A model generated the notes under the pieces. The model was not told the DNA's origin and did no database searches. It saw nothing but the letters and a program-made list of their open reading frames with translations. A stretch of DNA of 64,000 nt from an uncultured Planctomycetota bacterium (GTDB taxonomy: Bacteria; Planctomycetota; Planctomycetia; Isosphaerales; Isosphaeraceae): contig CAVTTN010000002.1 in the NCBI GenBank assembly GCA_963737655.1, positions 6,144,001-6,208,000 of the forward strand, in the 5' to 3' direction. Shown here in pieces: positions 1-10,769 of the stretch. Within the stretch, counting starts at the first letter, position 1. Every line of letters starts with the position of its first letter. The position numbers and the translations under genes were made by a program.

Positions 1-1009
1 TCGGTCCAGGGCATGGCGAATTCGGTCTCGGAGACCGGCACGAGCTCCAGGGCGCCGGACGGAACGGGAAGGTGGCGGTCAGGTGGTCCCCTTCCCTCGC
101 GATCTTGACCCTCGCGGCGCCCGGCTTCGAGCCCAGGAGATAGGTCCCGGCGAAGCCGTCGAGCACGGCGCCGGAGAGGGTCACGGCCTTCGGTCTCGCC
201 GTTTGGGCCTCGGTCGGCGCGGCGCGTTCGGGCATCTCGCGGACCCAGATGTTGCGGTACTTGACCGGGTGGTCGTGGTCCTGCAAGGCGATCGGCCCCT
301 TGCCGCCGGTGTCCTCGTACGGCAGCCACTTCAGCCAGGACGTCGGCCCGAAGGGCTCCTCGTTGTCCTGGATCAGCAGGCCGTTGTGGAACACGGTGAT
401 CCTCGCCGCCTCCGTCAGCTTGCCCGAGGCGTCGAACCTCGGGCGGCGGAAGGCGATGTCGTAGGCTTGCCACTGGCCGGGCGGTCGCGAGGCGTTGACC
501 AGCGGCGGATACTGGCCGTAGATCGCCCCGGCCTGGCCGTCGGCGTAGGTCTCGGCCCGGTACGAGTCGAGGACCTGGATCTCGAACAGGCCCATCAGGA
601 AGACGCCGCTATTGCCTCGGTCCTGGCTGGTCCCCTTCGGCGGGTCGGGCGCGGCCCATTCGATGTGGAGCTGGACGTCGCCGAACTTCGCCTTGGTCTC
701 GATCGGCCCGGTGCCCGGGGCGGTCTCCATCACGCCTTCGACGACCTTCCACCGCGCGGGCCCGCCGTCGCGGCCCTGCCAGGCGTCGAGGTTCGAGCCG
801 TCGAAGAGGACGACGGCATCCTTCGGCGGCTTCGTCGCGACGGGCGAGTCGGCGGGCTCGACGGCCGGAGGTTTCGGGCGGCGGACGTCGTGTTGACGCC
901 ACCGGGCCGGGGCCGGGGTCTCGGGCGCCTCGCCGGCCACGAGCAGGGCGACGGCCCCGGAGGCCGCGATCAGGCAGGCGATTCCGGCGGATCGGGAGAG
1001 GGATGGCAT
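1..1009 (-). CDS. DUF1080 (3-keto-disaccharide hydrolase family) secreted protein, 3' end runs off the window
   Basis: Manual translation from ATG at 1009 (RBS GGAGGA upstream): signal peptide, then DAVVLFDGSNLDAW, FGDVQLHIEW, RGNSGVF, EIQVLDS, QDHDHPVKYRNIWVRE, all typical DUF1080 motifs. Missing from the ORF track because there is no stop inside the window. Confidence 0.85.
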   Translation of the reverse strand, partial: MPSLSRSAGIACLIAASGAVALLVAGEAPETPAPARWRQHDVRRPKPPAVEPADSPVATKPPKDAVVLFDGSNLDAWQGRDGGPARWKVVEGVMETAPGTGPIETKAKFGDVQLHIEWAAPDPPKGTSQDRGNSGVFLMGLFEIQVLDSYRAETYADGQAGAIYGQYPPLVNASRPPGQWQAYDIAFRRPRFDASGKLTEAARITVFHNGLLIQDNEEPFGPTSWLKWLPYEDTGGKGPIALQDHDHPVKYRNIWVREMPERAAPTEAQTARPKAVTLSGAVLDGFAGTYLLGSKPGAARVKIAREGDHLTATFPFRPAPWSSCRSPRPNSPCPGP

Positions 1010-1033
1010 GGCGACAGGGCTCCTCCGCGCGAG

Positions 1034-1063
1034 TGGGGACGTCCGCGACCGCGGACGTCCCCA
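1034..1063. repeat. Perfect 14-bp inverted repeat (hairpin) between the PEP-CTERM gene and the DUF1080 gene
   Basis: TGGGGACGTCCGCG-AC-CGCGGACGTCCCCA. Confidence 0.7.
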
Positions 1064-1108
1064 GGATAGCAAGCGGGCCCGTCGATCCCAACCGACCCGC
1101 CTTGGGAT

Positions 1109-1792
1109 TCACGCCGTCTCGGCCGCTCCTCGGCGGCGACGACGGACGATCGCGCCGAAGGCCGTCGCCCCGATCCCCAGCAGGGCCAGCGAGCCCGGCT
1201 CCGGCACCGACCTCGTGACCAGCGCCACCGGCGGGGTGTCCAGCACCGAGACGCTCCCCGACCCCGGCGCGATCTCCAGTTGCACCAGCGGATCGACCCC
1301 GTTGCCGACCGGCAGGAGCGGGTTGAAGTCCGCGTCCAGGACGCCGAAGAAGAACGTGGTGGCGAACTCGTTCGGGTTGCCGTCGGGCGCGTTGATCGCC
1401 GCCCCGCCGAGGGTCACGTCGAACGACAGCCGGCTCCCGGCGCCGAACGTCACGTTCTCCAGCAGGTCATTCGTGATCGTGCCGTTGTCCAGCGAGAGCG
1501 TCCCGCCCGGCAGCGGGGCGGTCTGGGAGGCGTCGCCCATCGTCGTCCCGCCGAGGAACGCGATCCCCTGCTCCCGGACGTTCGCGACCGTGGCCGTCGC
1601 CTGCTGGTAGAACGCGCCGCCCGGGTTGAACTGGAAATAGATCTCGCCGGACGTCCCCGAGGCCACGGCGGTCGCATCCACGTCCACATGGTATATCAGG
1701 TCGGCCCGGGTCGGCGCCGGCAGGATCAGGAAGAGGCCCAGGACCAGGGCGGCGAGGGCCGGGGCGAAGCGGTTTGGCGTGCGGTCGTTCAT
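1109..1792 (-). CDS. PEP-CTERM sorting domain protein
   Basis: Signal peptide, then C-terminal SVPEPGSLALLGIGATAFGAIVRRRRR (PEP motif, TM helix, basic tail). Confidence 0.9.
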   Translation of the reverse strand: MNDRTPNRFAPALAALVLGLFLILPAPTRADLIYHVDVDATAVASGTSGEIYFQFNPGGAFYQQATATVANVREQGIAFLGGTTMGDASQTAPLPGGTLSLDNGTITNDLLENVTFGAGSRLSFDVTLGGAAINAPDGNPNEFATTFFFGVLDADFNPLLPVGNGVDPLVQLEIAPGSGSVSVLDTPPVALVTRSVPEPGSLALLGIGATAFGAIVRRRRRGAAETA

Positions 1793-1894
1793 CGCTCGTC
1801 TCCTTGGCATGGTCGCGTGTTGAGTTATGAAAATTCTCGATGTTTCGTCGGCCTTCGAGGCGATCCGAAGAGGGGGGTGGACCGCCGGATGGAG

Positions 1895-1966
1895 GAGTAG
1901 GTCCGACTTCAGTCGGGCCTACCGGGGAAATTCTCAAGGTAGGCCCGACTGAAGTCGGACCTACTC
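1895..1966. repeat. REP-like palindrome pair, family A (GTAGGTCCGACTTCAGTCGGGCCTAC)
   Basis: Perfect 29-bp inverted repeat, 1895-1923 / 1938-1966. Each arm is itself palindromic and carries GTAG. A near-identical element sits at 62794-62867. Confidence 0.85.
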
Positions 1967-2009
1967 TCCCCCTCCTTCGCCGTGGGAAATCACCCCACCG
2001 GCTCGCCTC

Positions 2010-5000
2010 TCAGGAGATCGAATAGGCCCGGAGGGCGTAGTCGAAGAGGAGGCGGGCCGGGTTGCGGAAGGTCAGCGTGACGACCATCGACTGGCCCGGC
2101 GCGATCGGGGCCGGCGGGGCCACGAGGAGATAGGGCAGGCCGGCGCCGGTCGTCCCGGAGGCGTTCGCCACCGAGACCGATCCCGGCAGGCCCGCCACGA
2201 CCAGCTCGAACGGCTTCGTCAGAGGGGTTGCGGCGTTGTTCGTGATCGTGAGCTGGACGTTGTAGAGGCCGGTCCGGAAGTTGTAGAGCTGGCCTCCCCG
2301 GCGGATCGAGAGCGACGAGGAGACGTCCGGCTCGGAGGTCACCGAGGCGTCGGCCGTCGCCGTCCGGCCGGTCGGGACGTGGCTCAGGACGACCGTCGGA
2401 TGGAACAGGCCGGCGGTCAGGTAGGTGTGCGTCCCGCTCACCGAGATGACTCCCCCGGCGACCTCCACGGTCGCCGCCGCGACGCCCGAGCCGTCTCCCC
2501 AGTTGACCGTGGCCGAGTAGTCGGCCGGGGAGAAGGAGGCGCCGTCGGGGTCGGTGAAGGTGGCAAGCGTGACCGGGCCGGTCGAATCCCCCTGGAGGGC
2601 CGTGACCGAGGGCGTCGAGACGACCGTGATCGGCCGGGCCGCCGAGGCGGTCAGGGAGAACGTCGCGAGGCCCAGGGCGTCGGAGTTCGTCGTCGCCGAG
2701 ACCTGGAAGGCTCCCGCGATGGCTCCGGCGGCCAGGATCGGCGCCGAGGCGAGGCCCTGCGAATCGGTGATCGCGGAGGCCGTCGAAAGTCCTCCGAGGA
2801 ACGTCGCGGTCGCGCCCGACTCCCGGTGATCGCGGAGAACGTAACGCTTGCCCCGGCCACCGCGTTGCCGAACGCGTCGGTCACGCGGACTTCCAGAGGC
2901 GTGCCGAACGCCGACGTCACGACGGCCGATTGCGAGTTCCCCGACACGACCGAACCGGCCGCCGCCGCTCCGGCCTGGACGATCACGTTCGCCTGGGTGG
3001 CCGAGAGGCCCGCCCCGGAGTCGGTCACGGTCAGCGTCTGCGACCCGGCCGTCTTCAACGTGGCTGAGAACGTGCCGAACCCGAGGTCCAGCGAGCCGGA
3101 GGCCGGCAGGATGGCCCTCGCGTCGCCGCTGGCGAAGGTCAGGGCGTCGCGGTCGTCATAGGAGGGCTGGCCGAAGGAATCGACGGCGTTCACGGCGAAG
3201 AGCTGCGTCTGGCCGGCCGCGGTGGGTGACGGGAAGAAGACGTTCAGCCGGCTGGCCGTGGCCTGATAGGCGCCGATGTCGATCACGGTGCCGCGGGTCG
3301 CACCCCTCTGGTCGGTCCCGGGGTCGGCCGAGCCGGAGCCGCCGTCCAGGGCGAGGCTGCCGGGCCGGGGGGCGAAGGTGGGTGTCGGCCCGCCGTTGTC
3401 CTGCAACGGGCCGAGGAGCGGGTCGAGCGGGCGGTCCGGGGCCCCGAAGAAGACGGCGTCCTGGCCGTTGGTCACCCCGGTCACGCCCGAGGCCACGCCG
3501 AGCAGGTCGTTGGTGCTTCCCGGGGCGAACGTGGCGGCGGCGTCCGGGCCGTTCGAGGCGGTGTTGCCGGCGAGGATGCTGTCCCGGACCAGCGCCGGCG
3601 CGCCGAGTCCGTGTACAGCCCGCCGCCCGAGTTGGCCGAATTGCCCACGAGCGTCGATCTCAGGAGTGTCACGGAGCTGATGGCGTTGGAGTCCGGGCCG
3701 AGCGCCCGGCCGGAGATCGCCCCGCCGAGGGAGGTTCCGGCATTGTCCACGAACGTCGAGTCGCTGATCGTCGCCGACGAGCCGCCCAGCGCGGCGATCG
3801 CCCCGCCCACGATGTTCGCGAAATCGTTGTTGAAATAGCTCCGGGTCACCGTCAGGACGCCGCCGATGCCCGCCGCCGACGCCCCGCTGTCGATCGCCCC
3901 TCCATAGTTGAAGGACGTATCGCCCACGAACGTCGATTCATCGACCGAGAGCGTCCCCCCCAGGCTCGTCACGGCCGAGCCGAACAGGTCGTTGAAGGTC
4001 GATCGCTCGATCGCGACCGACGTGCCCCCGGCCGTCGCCACGATCCCCCCGGTATACGGCTGGTTGGTCGCTGGCAGGGAGCCGTGGAGGACCGCGATCG
4101 AATCGACCGCCAGGGCCGCGCCGGCATCGACGGCGATGCCCGTCGATCCCGGGGTGAAGTCGGTGTCGAGCGTCACGGCGTTGACGGTCACGTCGGCGTC
4201 GAGGCCCGCGTGGATCACGCCGTCGGGGGTCGTCGGGTTGCCCAGGATGGTGAGCTGCGAGGCCCCCGGGCCCTGGATCGTGATTTGGCCCTGGAGCGCC
4301 GGCAGGGGCGAATTCAGGGCGATCTGGCCGGTCACGGCGAACTCGATCACGAGGTCATAGAGGGCGCCGGCCTGGACCTGCCCGGCCGGCAGGGAGGACA
4401 GCGGGATCGTGCCGTCGGCCGCCTCGATCGCCTGGCGGAGCGTCAAGGAGCCGGCCGGGGGGTTGGCGTCGGCCGTCGAGTTGACGGTCAGGACGGTGGG
4501 CCGGAACGGCCCCTGGGCCTCGACGGCGCCGAGGTCGCGGCCGTCGCCGCCGGCGGCGTTCAGGCGGTCGGGGATGTCGCTGATCCGGGGGAATCCTCGC
4601 TGATCGTTCGGGTTCGCGGTGTCGGTCGAGGGGCTGGGCCCGCCCCGGTCGATGGCCGGGCTGGCGGGGGTCGGGGCCATCGTCAGCGTCGGCCCGCCGT
4701 TGTTTTGCAACGGGCCGAGGAGCGGGTCGAGCGGCGAGGCGTCGGTGCCGATCAGGTTGTTGTTGCCGAAGGCGACCAGCCCGGCCTGCCCGGTCCCGTC
4801 GCCGATCAGGTTGAAGGCGCTGGACGTACTGAAGGTGGCGGAGGCGTCGTCGGGCGAGCCGGTGGCCGAGTCCCTCGTGTTCTTCGCGACGATCGAGTCG
4901 ATCAGGGTGATCGGTTGGCCGGCGTCGCCGTAGATCCCTCCCCCGAGGGGCGAGCCGGAGTTGATGCCCGCGAGGTTGCCCACGACGGTCGAATCGGCCA

Positions 5001-5900
5001 GGGTCAGCGCGATCGAGCCGGCCGGGGAGCCGATGGCCCGGGCGGCGATCGCCCCGCCGAGGAGGTTGGCCTGGTTCTGCGTGAAGGTCGAATCGGTGAT
5101 CGACCCGCGGGCCCCGGCGTCGAGATAGACTGCGCCCCGGAGTAGTTGGCAAAGTCGTTCACGAACAGGCTGTCGGTCACGGAGAAGCCGCCGCCCTGGC
5201 CGTGGCTGTCGGCCCCGATCAGCAGGGCCCCGCCGTTGCCGCTGCTGGAGTTGTTCGAGAAGGTCGATCGCGCCACGGTCAGCGACGCCGCCCCCTGGTC
5301 GACGACCGCCGGCGCGAAGTTGCCGTCGAACGTCGAGTCCTCGACGTCCACCGTCGCTCCCTCCTGGTTTGCCAGGATCACGGCGCCGATCTGGGCGTCG
5401 CCGCCGCCCAGGCCGATCCGCGAGAAGGTGTCGTTCCGGGCGGTCAGGGAGGCATTGGCCCCCACGACGATGGCATTGGCCCCGCCGCCGCCCAGGCTCA
5501 GGCCGGAGACCTGCGTCGAGGCGCCGTCGCCGACGGTGAAGATCGTGGCCACCGTGAGGAGGTTCGGGTCGATCTTGACGTTCAGGCCGGATGCCCCGGG
5601 CCCCGTGATCGCCAGGGAGCCGGTGATCGTCGGCAGGGGCGTCTCCAGGGTGATCGCCCCGGAGACGGCGAACTGGATCACGTCGGGATGGGCCGGGTCG
5701 GTGTTGCCGTCCGCATCGGCGGCGAGCAGGGCCTGGCGGAGGGTCGTGACGTTCGCCGGGGGATTGGCGTCGGCCAGCGAGGTGACGGTGAAGGTCGTCG
5801 AGAGGACCTGGCGGACCTCCAGGGCCTCCAAGGCGGGCCGGCGCCGCGAGCGATCCTTGCGGGGCCGACCGGTTCGGTTCTCATGGCGTCTCAAGGTCAT
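2010..5900 (-). CDS. Large secreted surface protein (LEPRxLL-like N-terminus, CSLREA-like modules, beta-helix repeats, choice-of-anchor Q-like, Ig-like/PKD C-terminus), split by 3 apparent frameshifts
   Basis: RRRPALEALEVRQVLS; VTSLADANPPANVTTLRQAL; DPLLGPLQNNGGPTLTMAP twice; GGAI repeats. ORFs 5004-5900, 3481-4983, 2651-3496 and 2010-2468 join if one G is restored at ~5136, ~3604 and ~2823. Confidence 0.8.
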
Positions 5901-6166
5901 GGATGCGGCTCCTCCGAGGGAGACTCGGCGCGGACCCGGGGCGCCACCGCCCTGGGAGGGCGGCGCGTCGGATCGTCGGGGCCGGGCTCGCCGGCCGCTG
6001 GATGGCCTGGGGGACCGATCGCCGGGGAGGTTCCGATGCCTCCTCACTCGGCCGATCCCGGGTCCGCGGCCCGTCTCCTCGGAGGGAACATGGTCAGGAG
6101 CGGCCGGGGCCGGACAGAACTTTCCGGGAGACTCCCCGGGCCCGCCCCTCGCGAGGCCGTCTCACC

Positions 6167-7285
6167 TCATCGAGGGGCCGCTCCGCCCCACGCCTTCTTC
6201 GCGGACTCCTGGAGGGGATGCGAGCCGTCGGGCAGGCGGTCGCCGGCCACCTGCCAGAAGAAGACCCCGCGGAACCCGTTTTCCCTCGCCCATCGCGCCT
6301 TGATCGCCACCGACTCCTCGTCGTCGTAGCCGATCACCTTCGAATGGTCGGCCGCGATCAGCCACGGGTTCTTCGTCTCGGCGTCCCACTCGCGACGCCA
6401 GCCCCCCTCCTTCAACAGCCGGGCGAGGTTCGCGTAATCCCCGCCGGGGAGCCGGCCCTTCGGGGCCCCCTTCGTGGAGGCATACGGCTCGGAGACCGGG
6501 AATCCCCGGCCATACAGCGGGATTCCCACGGCCAGGCGGTCGGCCGGGATCTTCCTCTCCTCGACGAGGAACCTCATGGTCGCCTCGGTCGATCGCGCCG
6601 GCCCCTTTGGCGCCTTCGACGAGGCGAACAACGGGGAGTGGTGGCCCGCGAAGTCGGTCCAGCCGCCGGTGAAGTCGTAAGTCATGACGTTCACCCAGTC
6701 CATCGTCTCCAGGAGGAACGCCCGGTCGAGCCAGCGGAGCGTCCCGGGGTTGGCCGAGGCGGCCATCGTCAAGACCATCTTGCGATTCTTCTTCAGGCCG
6801 AGGGCGTCGAGCTCCTTGCGGAACCGCCGGCAGAGCCTCTCGAAGCCGGCGACCTCCTCGCGGGTGTCGGGATACTCCCAGTCGAAGTCGATCCCGTCGT
6901 AATCGGCCTGATCGACGAGGGCCAGCACGTCCCGGGCGAAGCGGTCCTCGGCCTCGGGCTTCGCGACGATCGCGGCGAACTGCTCATCCCAGCCCCAGCC
7001 GCCGAGCGAGATCAGGACCTTCACGCCTTTTTCATGGGCCCGGGCCGTGAGCTCCCGGCTCGGGACGCTCGCCGTCGTCTTGATCCGCCCCTCGCCGTCG
7101 GCCACGAGGAAGGCGTGGCAGAGGTGCGTATAAAGCCGGTAGTCGATCCCGCCGGTCCGGCCGAAGACGTAGCCCACGAACACCGGGTCGGCGGCCTTCG
7201 GCTCGTCCGCGAGCGACGCCGACGGCAGGACCAGGACCGAAGCGGCCATCGCGAGGACGGCCCGGCGATTTGGGGAGAGGCGCAT
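6167..7285 (-). CDS. Glycoside hydrolase family 18 (chitinase-like)
   Basis: KVLISLGGW, catalytic DGIDFDWEYP, VMTYD, GIPLYGR; signal peptide from the ATG at 7285. Confidence 0.92.
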   Translation of the reverse strand: MRLSPNRRAVLAMAASVLVLPSASLADEPKAADPVFVGYVFGRTGGIDYRLYTHLCHAFLVADGEGRIKTTASVPSRELTARAHEKGVKVLISLGGWGWDEQFAAIVAKPEAEDRFARDVLALVDQADYDGIDFDWEYPDTREEVAGFERLCRRFRKELDALGLKKNRKMVLTMAASANPGTLRWLDRAFLLETMDWVNVMTYDFTGGWTDFAGHHSPLFASSKAPKGPARSTEATMRFLVEERKIPADRLAVGIPLYGRGFPVSEPYASTKGAPKGRLPGGDYANLARLLKEGGWRREWDAETKNPWLIAADHSKVIGYDDEESVAIKARWARENGFRGVFFWQVAGDRLPDGSHPLQESAKKAWGGAAPR

Positions 7286-7368
7286 CGTTCGAACCCTTGC
7301 CGAGAGCGGGAGGGAGAGGTCTCGGGCCTCACCATAACGTCGGGCCGGCCCGGCGGCCATGCCAGGCC

Positions 7369-7854
7369 CTATCCCTTCGATCGGGCGATCGCCGCGACCT
7401 GGGCCCCGACGGCCCGGATGTAATCCTCCGGGGCGATCAGGATTTGCAGGCCCCGGGTCCCGGCGGAGACCGAGATCACCTCGAAGAGCGTGGCCGTCTC
7501 GTCGAGGTAGACCGGATACGCCTTCTTGCCGGCCAGCGCGGTCACGCCTCCCCGGATGTAGCCGGTCAGAGGCTCGACCTCCTTCAGGGGGACCGTGTCG
7601 GCCTTCTTGTCGCCAGTGGCCCGAGCGAGCGCCTTGGGGTCGAGCTCGCAATCGCCCGGGACGACCGCGAGGCAGACGCCCCCCTTGTCGCCCCGGGCCA
7701 CCAGCGTCTTGAAGACCTGCTCCGGCGGGAGCCCGATCTTCTTCGCGACCCCCTCGGCGGCGAGGTCGTCGGGATCGACCTCGTACTCCCGGAGCTCGAA
7801 CGAGACGCCCAGGCGCTCCAGGAGCCTCACGGCGTTGGTCTTCGCGGTCGCCAC
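7369..7854 (-). CDS. ybaK: Cys-tRNA(Pro) deacylase YbaK
   Basis: KTNAVRLL, QVFKTLV, TGYIRGGVT, VSAGTRG motifs. Confidence 0.9.
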   Translation of the reverse strand: MATAKTNAVRLLERLGVSFELREYEVDPDDLAAEGVAKKIGLPPEQVFKTLVARGDKGGVCLAVVPGDCELDPKALARATGDKKADTVPLKEVEPLTGYIRGGVTALAGKKAYPVYLDETATLFEVISVSAGTRGLQILIAPEDYIRAVGAQVAAIARSKG

Positions 7855-7905
7855 GATCGGGCCCTCGCTCGCCCCGGAAAGGGCCCGATCCTAGCAGACC
7901 GCCGG

Positions 7906-9402
7906 CTACTTTCGGAGGAGGAGCCGGTACGCCAGGGTCTCGGCGTTGGCCACCTTCGCGGCCTCCAGGATCGCCGCGTCGCCGTCCTTGCAGTAGGAGA
8001 ACGGCTTGCCGGTCATCGGGTCGTCGGGGACCGGGACGATCGTCACCGCGTCGAGCCGCTCGGGCAGCTTGCCGCCGTCGGCCTGGGCCTGCATCCGGAT
8101 CGCCTCGATCGCGCGGAGGGCGGCCACCCGGCGATCCAGCCTCGTCGGCGCGACCTGGATCTGCACGAGGGCCGGGAAGAGCTGGCCGAAGACGTTGATG
8201 GGGCGGCCCTTCAGGGCGTTCAGCCTCTCGGTGATCCCCGGGGCCATCGCCTGGGCCTGTGGGAAGGACAGGTAGCTCATCTTGAACACGTCGTCGCGGA
8301 CCTCCCGGTATCGGTCGGCCAGGAACCGGATGATCACTTCGGCGTCGGACATCCCGGCGATCGAACCTCGCTTCGCCGTCTCATACTCCCGGGCCTCGGG
8401 CAGCACGAGGACGGCGAAGCTCGCGGGGTTCGTGCCGGCGATCCCGGAGGGGCTGTCGGCGTTGGCGACCTCCTTGTTCAGGCGGATGAGACGGGCGTGG
8501 AGCCGGGGTAGCAGGGCCTCCCATTCCCCCTCGGTCCTCGGCCGGTCGAGGTCGGTGATCTCGGGGACGAGCCATTCGCCCAGCTTCTGCTCGTTCTCCA
8601 GGGCCCCGCGGAGGTCGATCAGGGGGCGAGGCAGGGCGGTCAGGGCCCAGTAGAGGTTCGGGGCGTCGGGACGGGAGATCAGGTCCTCCACCCGGTCGAG
8701 CATCTGCATTTCCATGGCGATCCCCACGAGGCCGTTGATCACGAACGGCCCGTCGCCGACGTGACGGCCGAACGCCAGGCCGGTCTCGATCGTGCGGACG
8801 GCCCGGTCCTGCCACTGCGAGGCGGTCGAGGGCTGGCCCGCCATCGCGGCCTTGATCCGCTCCAGGCCGGTGCGGGGGGCCGCCGCCTCGGCGATCTCCA
8901 GGCGGGCCGCGACGCAGAGCAGGCGCGCCCAGGTCCTCATCTCCTGGGCGTCGGGCAGGAGGATCTCGATGGCGTTCTCCTTCTCCTCCGGCAGCGTGTA
9001 ATTCCAGTCGCACGACTTGCGGCGGGCCCCGAAATCCAGTTGCTGGAGCCGACGCGCCCATTGGTTGACGAGCTTGCGGGCCTCATCCAGGGGCAATTCC
9101 TCGATGGGCTTCTCCAGCCAGTCCGTGGCCTTCGTGTTGATGTTGGCCAGGGCGTCGGAGGGGGTCTCGGCGCCCAATCGGTTGTAGATCGGGGCGGCGT
9201 CCCCCGGCGTCCTCTCCGAGGAGAGCGGGAACAGGCGATATCGCAGGGCCGGCGACGGCGCGGCCATCGGCGAGAGCGTGAGCTCTCGCGGCTTGGGCGC
9301 CGGCGCGGCGGCCCCGGGCTTCAGCATCGATTCCTGGGCCATCACCCCAGCGGGCCAGGCCGTCAGCACGAGGCTGGCGACGACGATTCGGGCGGCATGC
9401 AT
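7906..9402 (-). CDS. Conserved planctomycete secreted helical hypothetical protein
   Basis: Signal peptide; PALRYRL, PGDAAPIY, INGLVGIA, PNLYWALTALPRP, PDDPMTGKPFSY; host-like codon usage. Confidence 0.75.
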   Translation of the reverse strand: MHAARIVVASLVLTAWPAGVMAQESMLKPGAAAPAPKPRELTLSPMAAPSPALRYRLFPLSSERTPGDAAPIYNRLGAETPSDALANINTKATDWLEKPIEELPLDEARKLVNQWARRLQQLDFGARRKSCDWNYTLPEEKENAIEILLPDAQEMRTWARLLCVAARLEIAEAAAPRTGLERIKAAMAGQPSTASQWQDRAVRTIETGLAFGRHVGDGPFVINGLVGIAMEMQMLDRVEDLISRPDAPNLYWALTALPRPLIDLRGALENEQKLGEWLVPEITDLDRPRTEGEWEALLPRLHARLIRLNKEVANADSPSGIAGTNPASFAVLVLPEAREYETAKRGSIAGMSDAEVIIRFLADRYREVRDDVFKMSYLSFPQAQAMAPGITERLNALKGRPINVFGQLFPALVQIQVAPTRLDRRVAALRAIEAIRMQAQADGGKLPERLDAVTIVPVPDDPMTGKPFSYCKDGDAAILEAAKVANAETLAYRLLLRK

Positions 9403-9451
9403 CGGCGAATTCCTCCAAAACGACGGGAAACGGAGTCAGTGGATGGACGAT

Positions 9452-9549
9452 GCCGGGTGGCATGCCCACGAAGCCGTGGGCATGGCTTCGATCGCGGTCC
9501 TGGGTCCATCCGAAGACATGCCCACGAAGACGTGGGCATGCCACCCGGC
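9452..9549. repeat. REP-like palindrome pair, family B (GGTGGCATGCCCACGAAGxCGTGGGCATG)
   Basis: Two CATGCCCACG...CGTGGGCATG palindromes enclosed by GCCGGGTGG/CCACCCGGC; related element at 51856-51946. Confidence 0.8.
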
Positions 9550-9587
9550 CCCGATCTTTCGAGGTCGGGAGAGGCCCTCGAACGGGT

Positions 9588-10052
9588 TCAAAGATCGACG
9601 AGCCCTCCCGGCCTCCGGGCGCTCAGGGGCGAGAGCGGCGGCTCGGGGTTCGATGGGGTTCGGACGGTCGGGGGCGGGGCGGGTTGGGCGTCGCTGGGGC
9701 CCGATCGCCATTGCTGGGTCAGTCTCAGGTAGCTGCTCGGGTCCGGTTCGGCGATCGGAAGAGGCCGGATCGGCTCCGAAGCCGGCTCGGGGGCCTTCGT
9801 GACGATCACGTCCCGAACTGCCCCCGGCCTCCCGACGATCCGGACCATCGCCGCGACGTTCGCCGCCACGAGCAGGACGGCCAGGGCCGAGGCGACCCGC
9901 CAGCGGACGGCCGATTCGGCCCTGGCTGCCGCTCGGCCCGCCTCGAAGAGCATGCGGTCCCGGTCCAGCCTCGGGGCCGAGGGGGACCAGCCGGCCAGGC
10001 GTCGTTCCAGGTCGTTCAGGGGCCCTTCGGGGCCAGGTCCGTGAGGGGACAT
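9588..10052 (-). CDS. Putative anti-sigma-like single-pass membrane protein
   Basis: LERRLAGWSP...LDRDRMLFEAGRAAA followed by a TM helix; overlaps the 3' end of the ECF sigma gene. Confidence 0.65.
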   Translation of the reverse strand: MSPHGPGPEGPLNDLERRLAGWSPSAPRLDRDRMLFEAGRAAARAESAVRWRVASALAVLLVAANVAAMVRIVGRPGAVRDVIVTKAPEPASEPIRPLPIAEPDPSSYLRLTQQWRSGPSDAQPAPPPTVRTPSNPEPPLSPLSARRPGGLVDL

Positions 10053-10522
10053 GGGCGTTCGAGCCTCTCGTGGAGCCGGGCCAGCCCGGCGGAATAGCGG
10101 CGGTGGGCGGTGGTCAGGGAACAGCCCTGGAGGCGGGCGATCTCCTCGAAGGTCAGCCCGCCCCAGAGCCTCGCCACGATCGCCTCGCGGCCCTCGGGGT
10201 CGAGGCCTTCGAGCATCTCCGAGGCGGTCCGGGCGTCGATCCGGTCGTCGGCCGAAGCGAAGAGGGTCTGGTCCGGGGAGGCCCTCGCCTCGCGCCTCCT
10301 CCTCCGCCGGTCCCCCCGGCTCGCGGCGATCGCCCCGTTGCGGACGACCCGGTAGAGCCAGGCGAGCGGACGGTCGGGCGTCGATCGCTGGGCGGCGAGC
10401 TTCACGAACGCCTCCTGGACGACGTCCTCCGGCGCGTCGGACCACTGGCGGGCATACAGGGCCAGCCCTCGGGCGTGGTCGTCGAACAGGCTTGCCAGCA
10501 GATCCGGCCCGATCCTCGCCAT
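10016..10522 (-). CDS. ECF-type RNA polymerase sigma-70 factor
   Basis: Region 2 (PEDVVQEAFVKL, AWLYRVVRN) and region 4 HTH (LTFEEIARLQGCSLTTAHRRY). Confidence 0.92.
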   Translation of the reverse strand: MARIGPDLLASLFDDHARGLALYARQWSDAPEDVVQEAFVKLAAQRSTPDRPLAWLYRVVRNGAIAASRGDRRRRRREARASPDQTLFASADDRIDARTASEMLEGLDPEGREAIVARLWGGLTFEEIARLQGCSLTTAHRRYSAGLARLHERLERPCPLTDLAPKGP

Positions 10523-10769
10523 CCCGAGCCCCCCGCGATCCCGGCCCGATCCGCCCCTCTATGCTCAAGGACGCCGCCGTCCGCCCGGTTTTCCGCTCTG
10601 GCCGGAAGAATTCCGAATATGAGGCATTCCGGAAGCGATCGCGCCCGGAACGCCATCAGGCGCTTGTTTTTTTCGCCCAACCATCCGATATTGTGAGGCT
10701 AACCCATCTTATTGTGGCGTTTCGTGCCAGGGCGCCCGAATCCGTTTGACTTTGCATAAGGGCAGGACT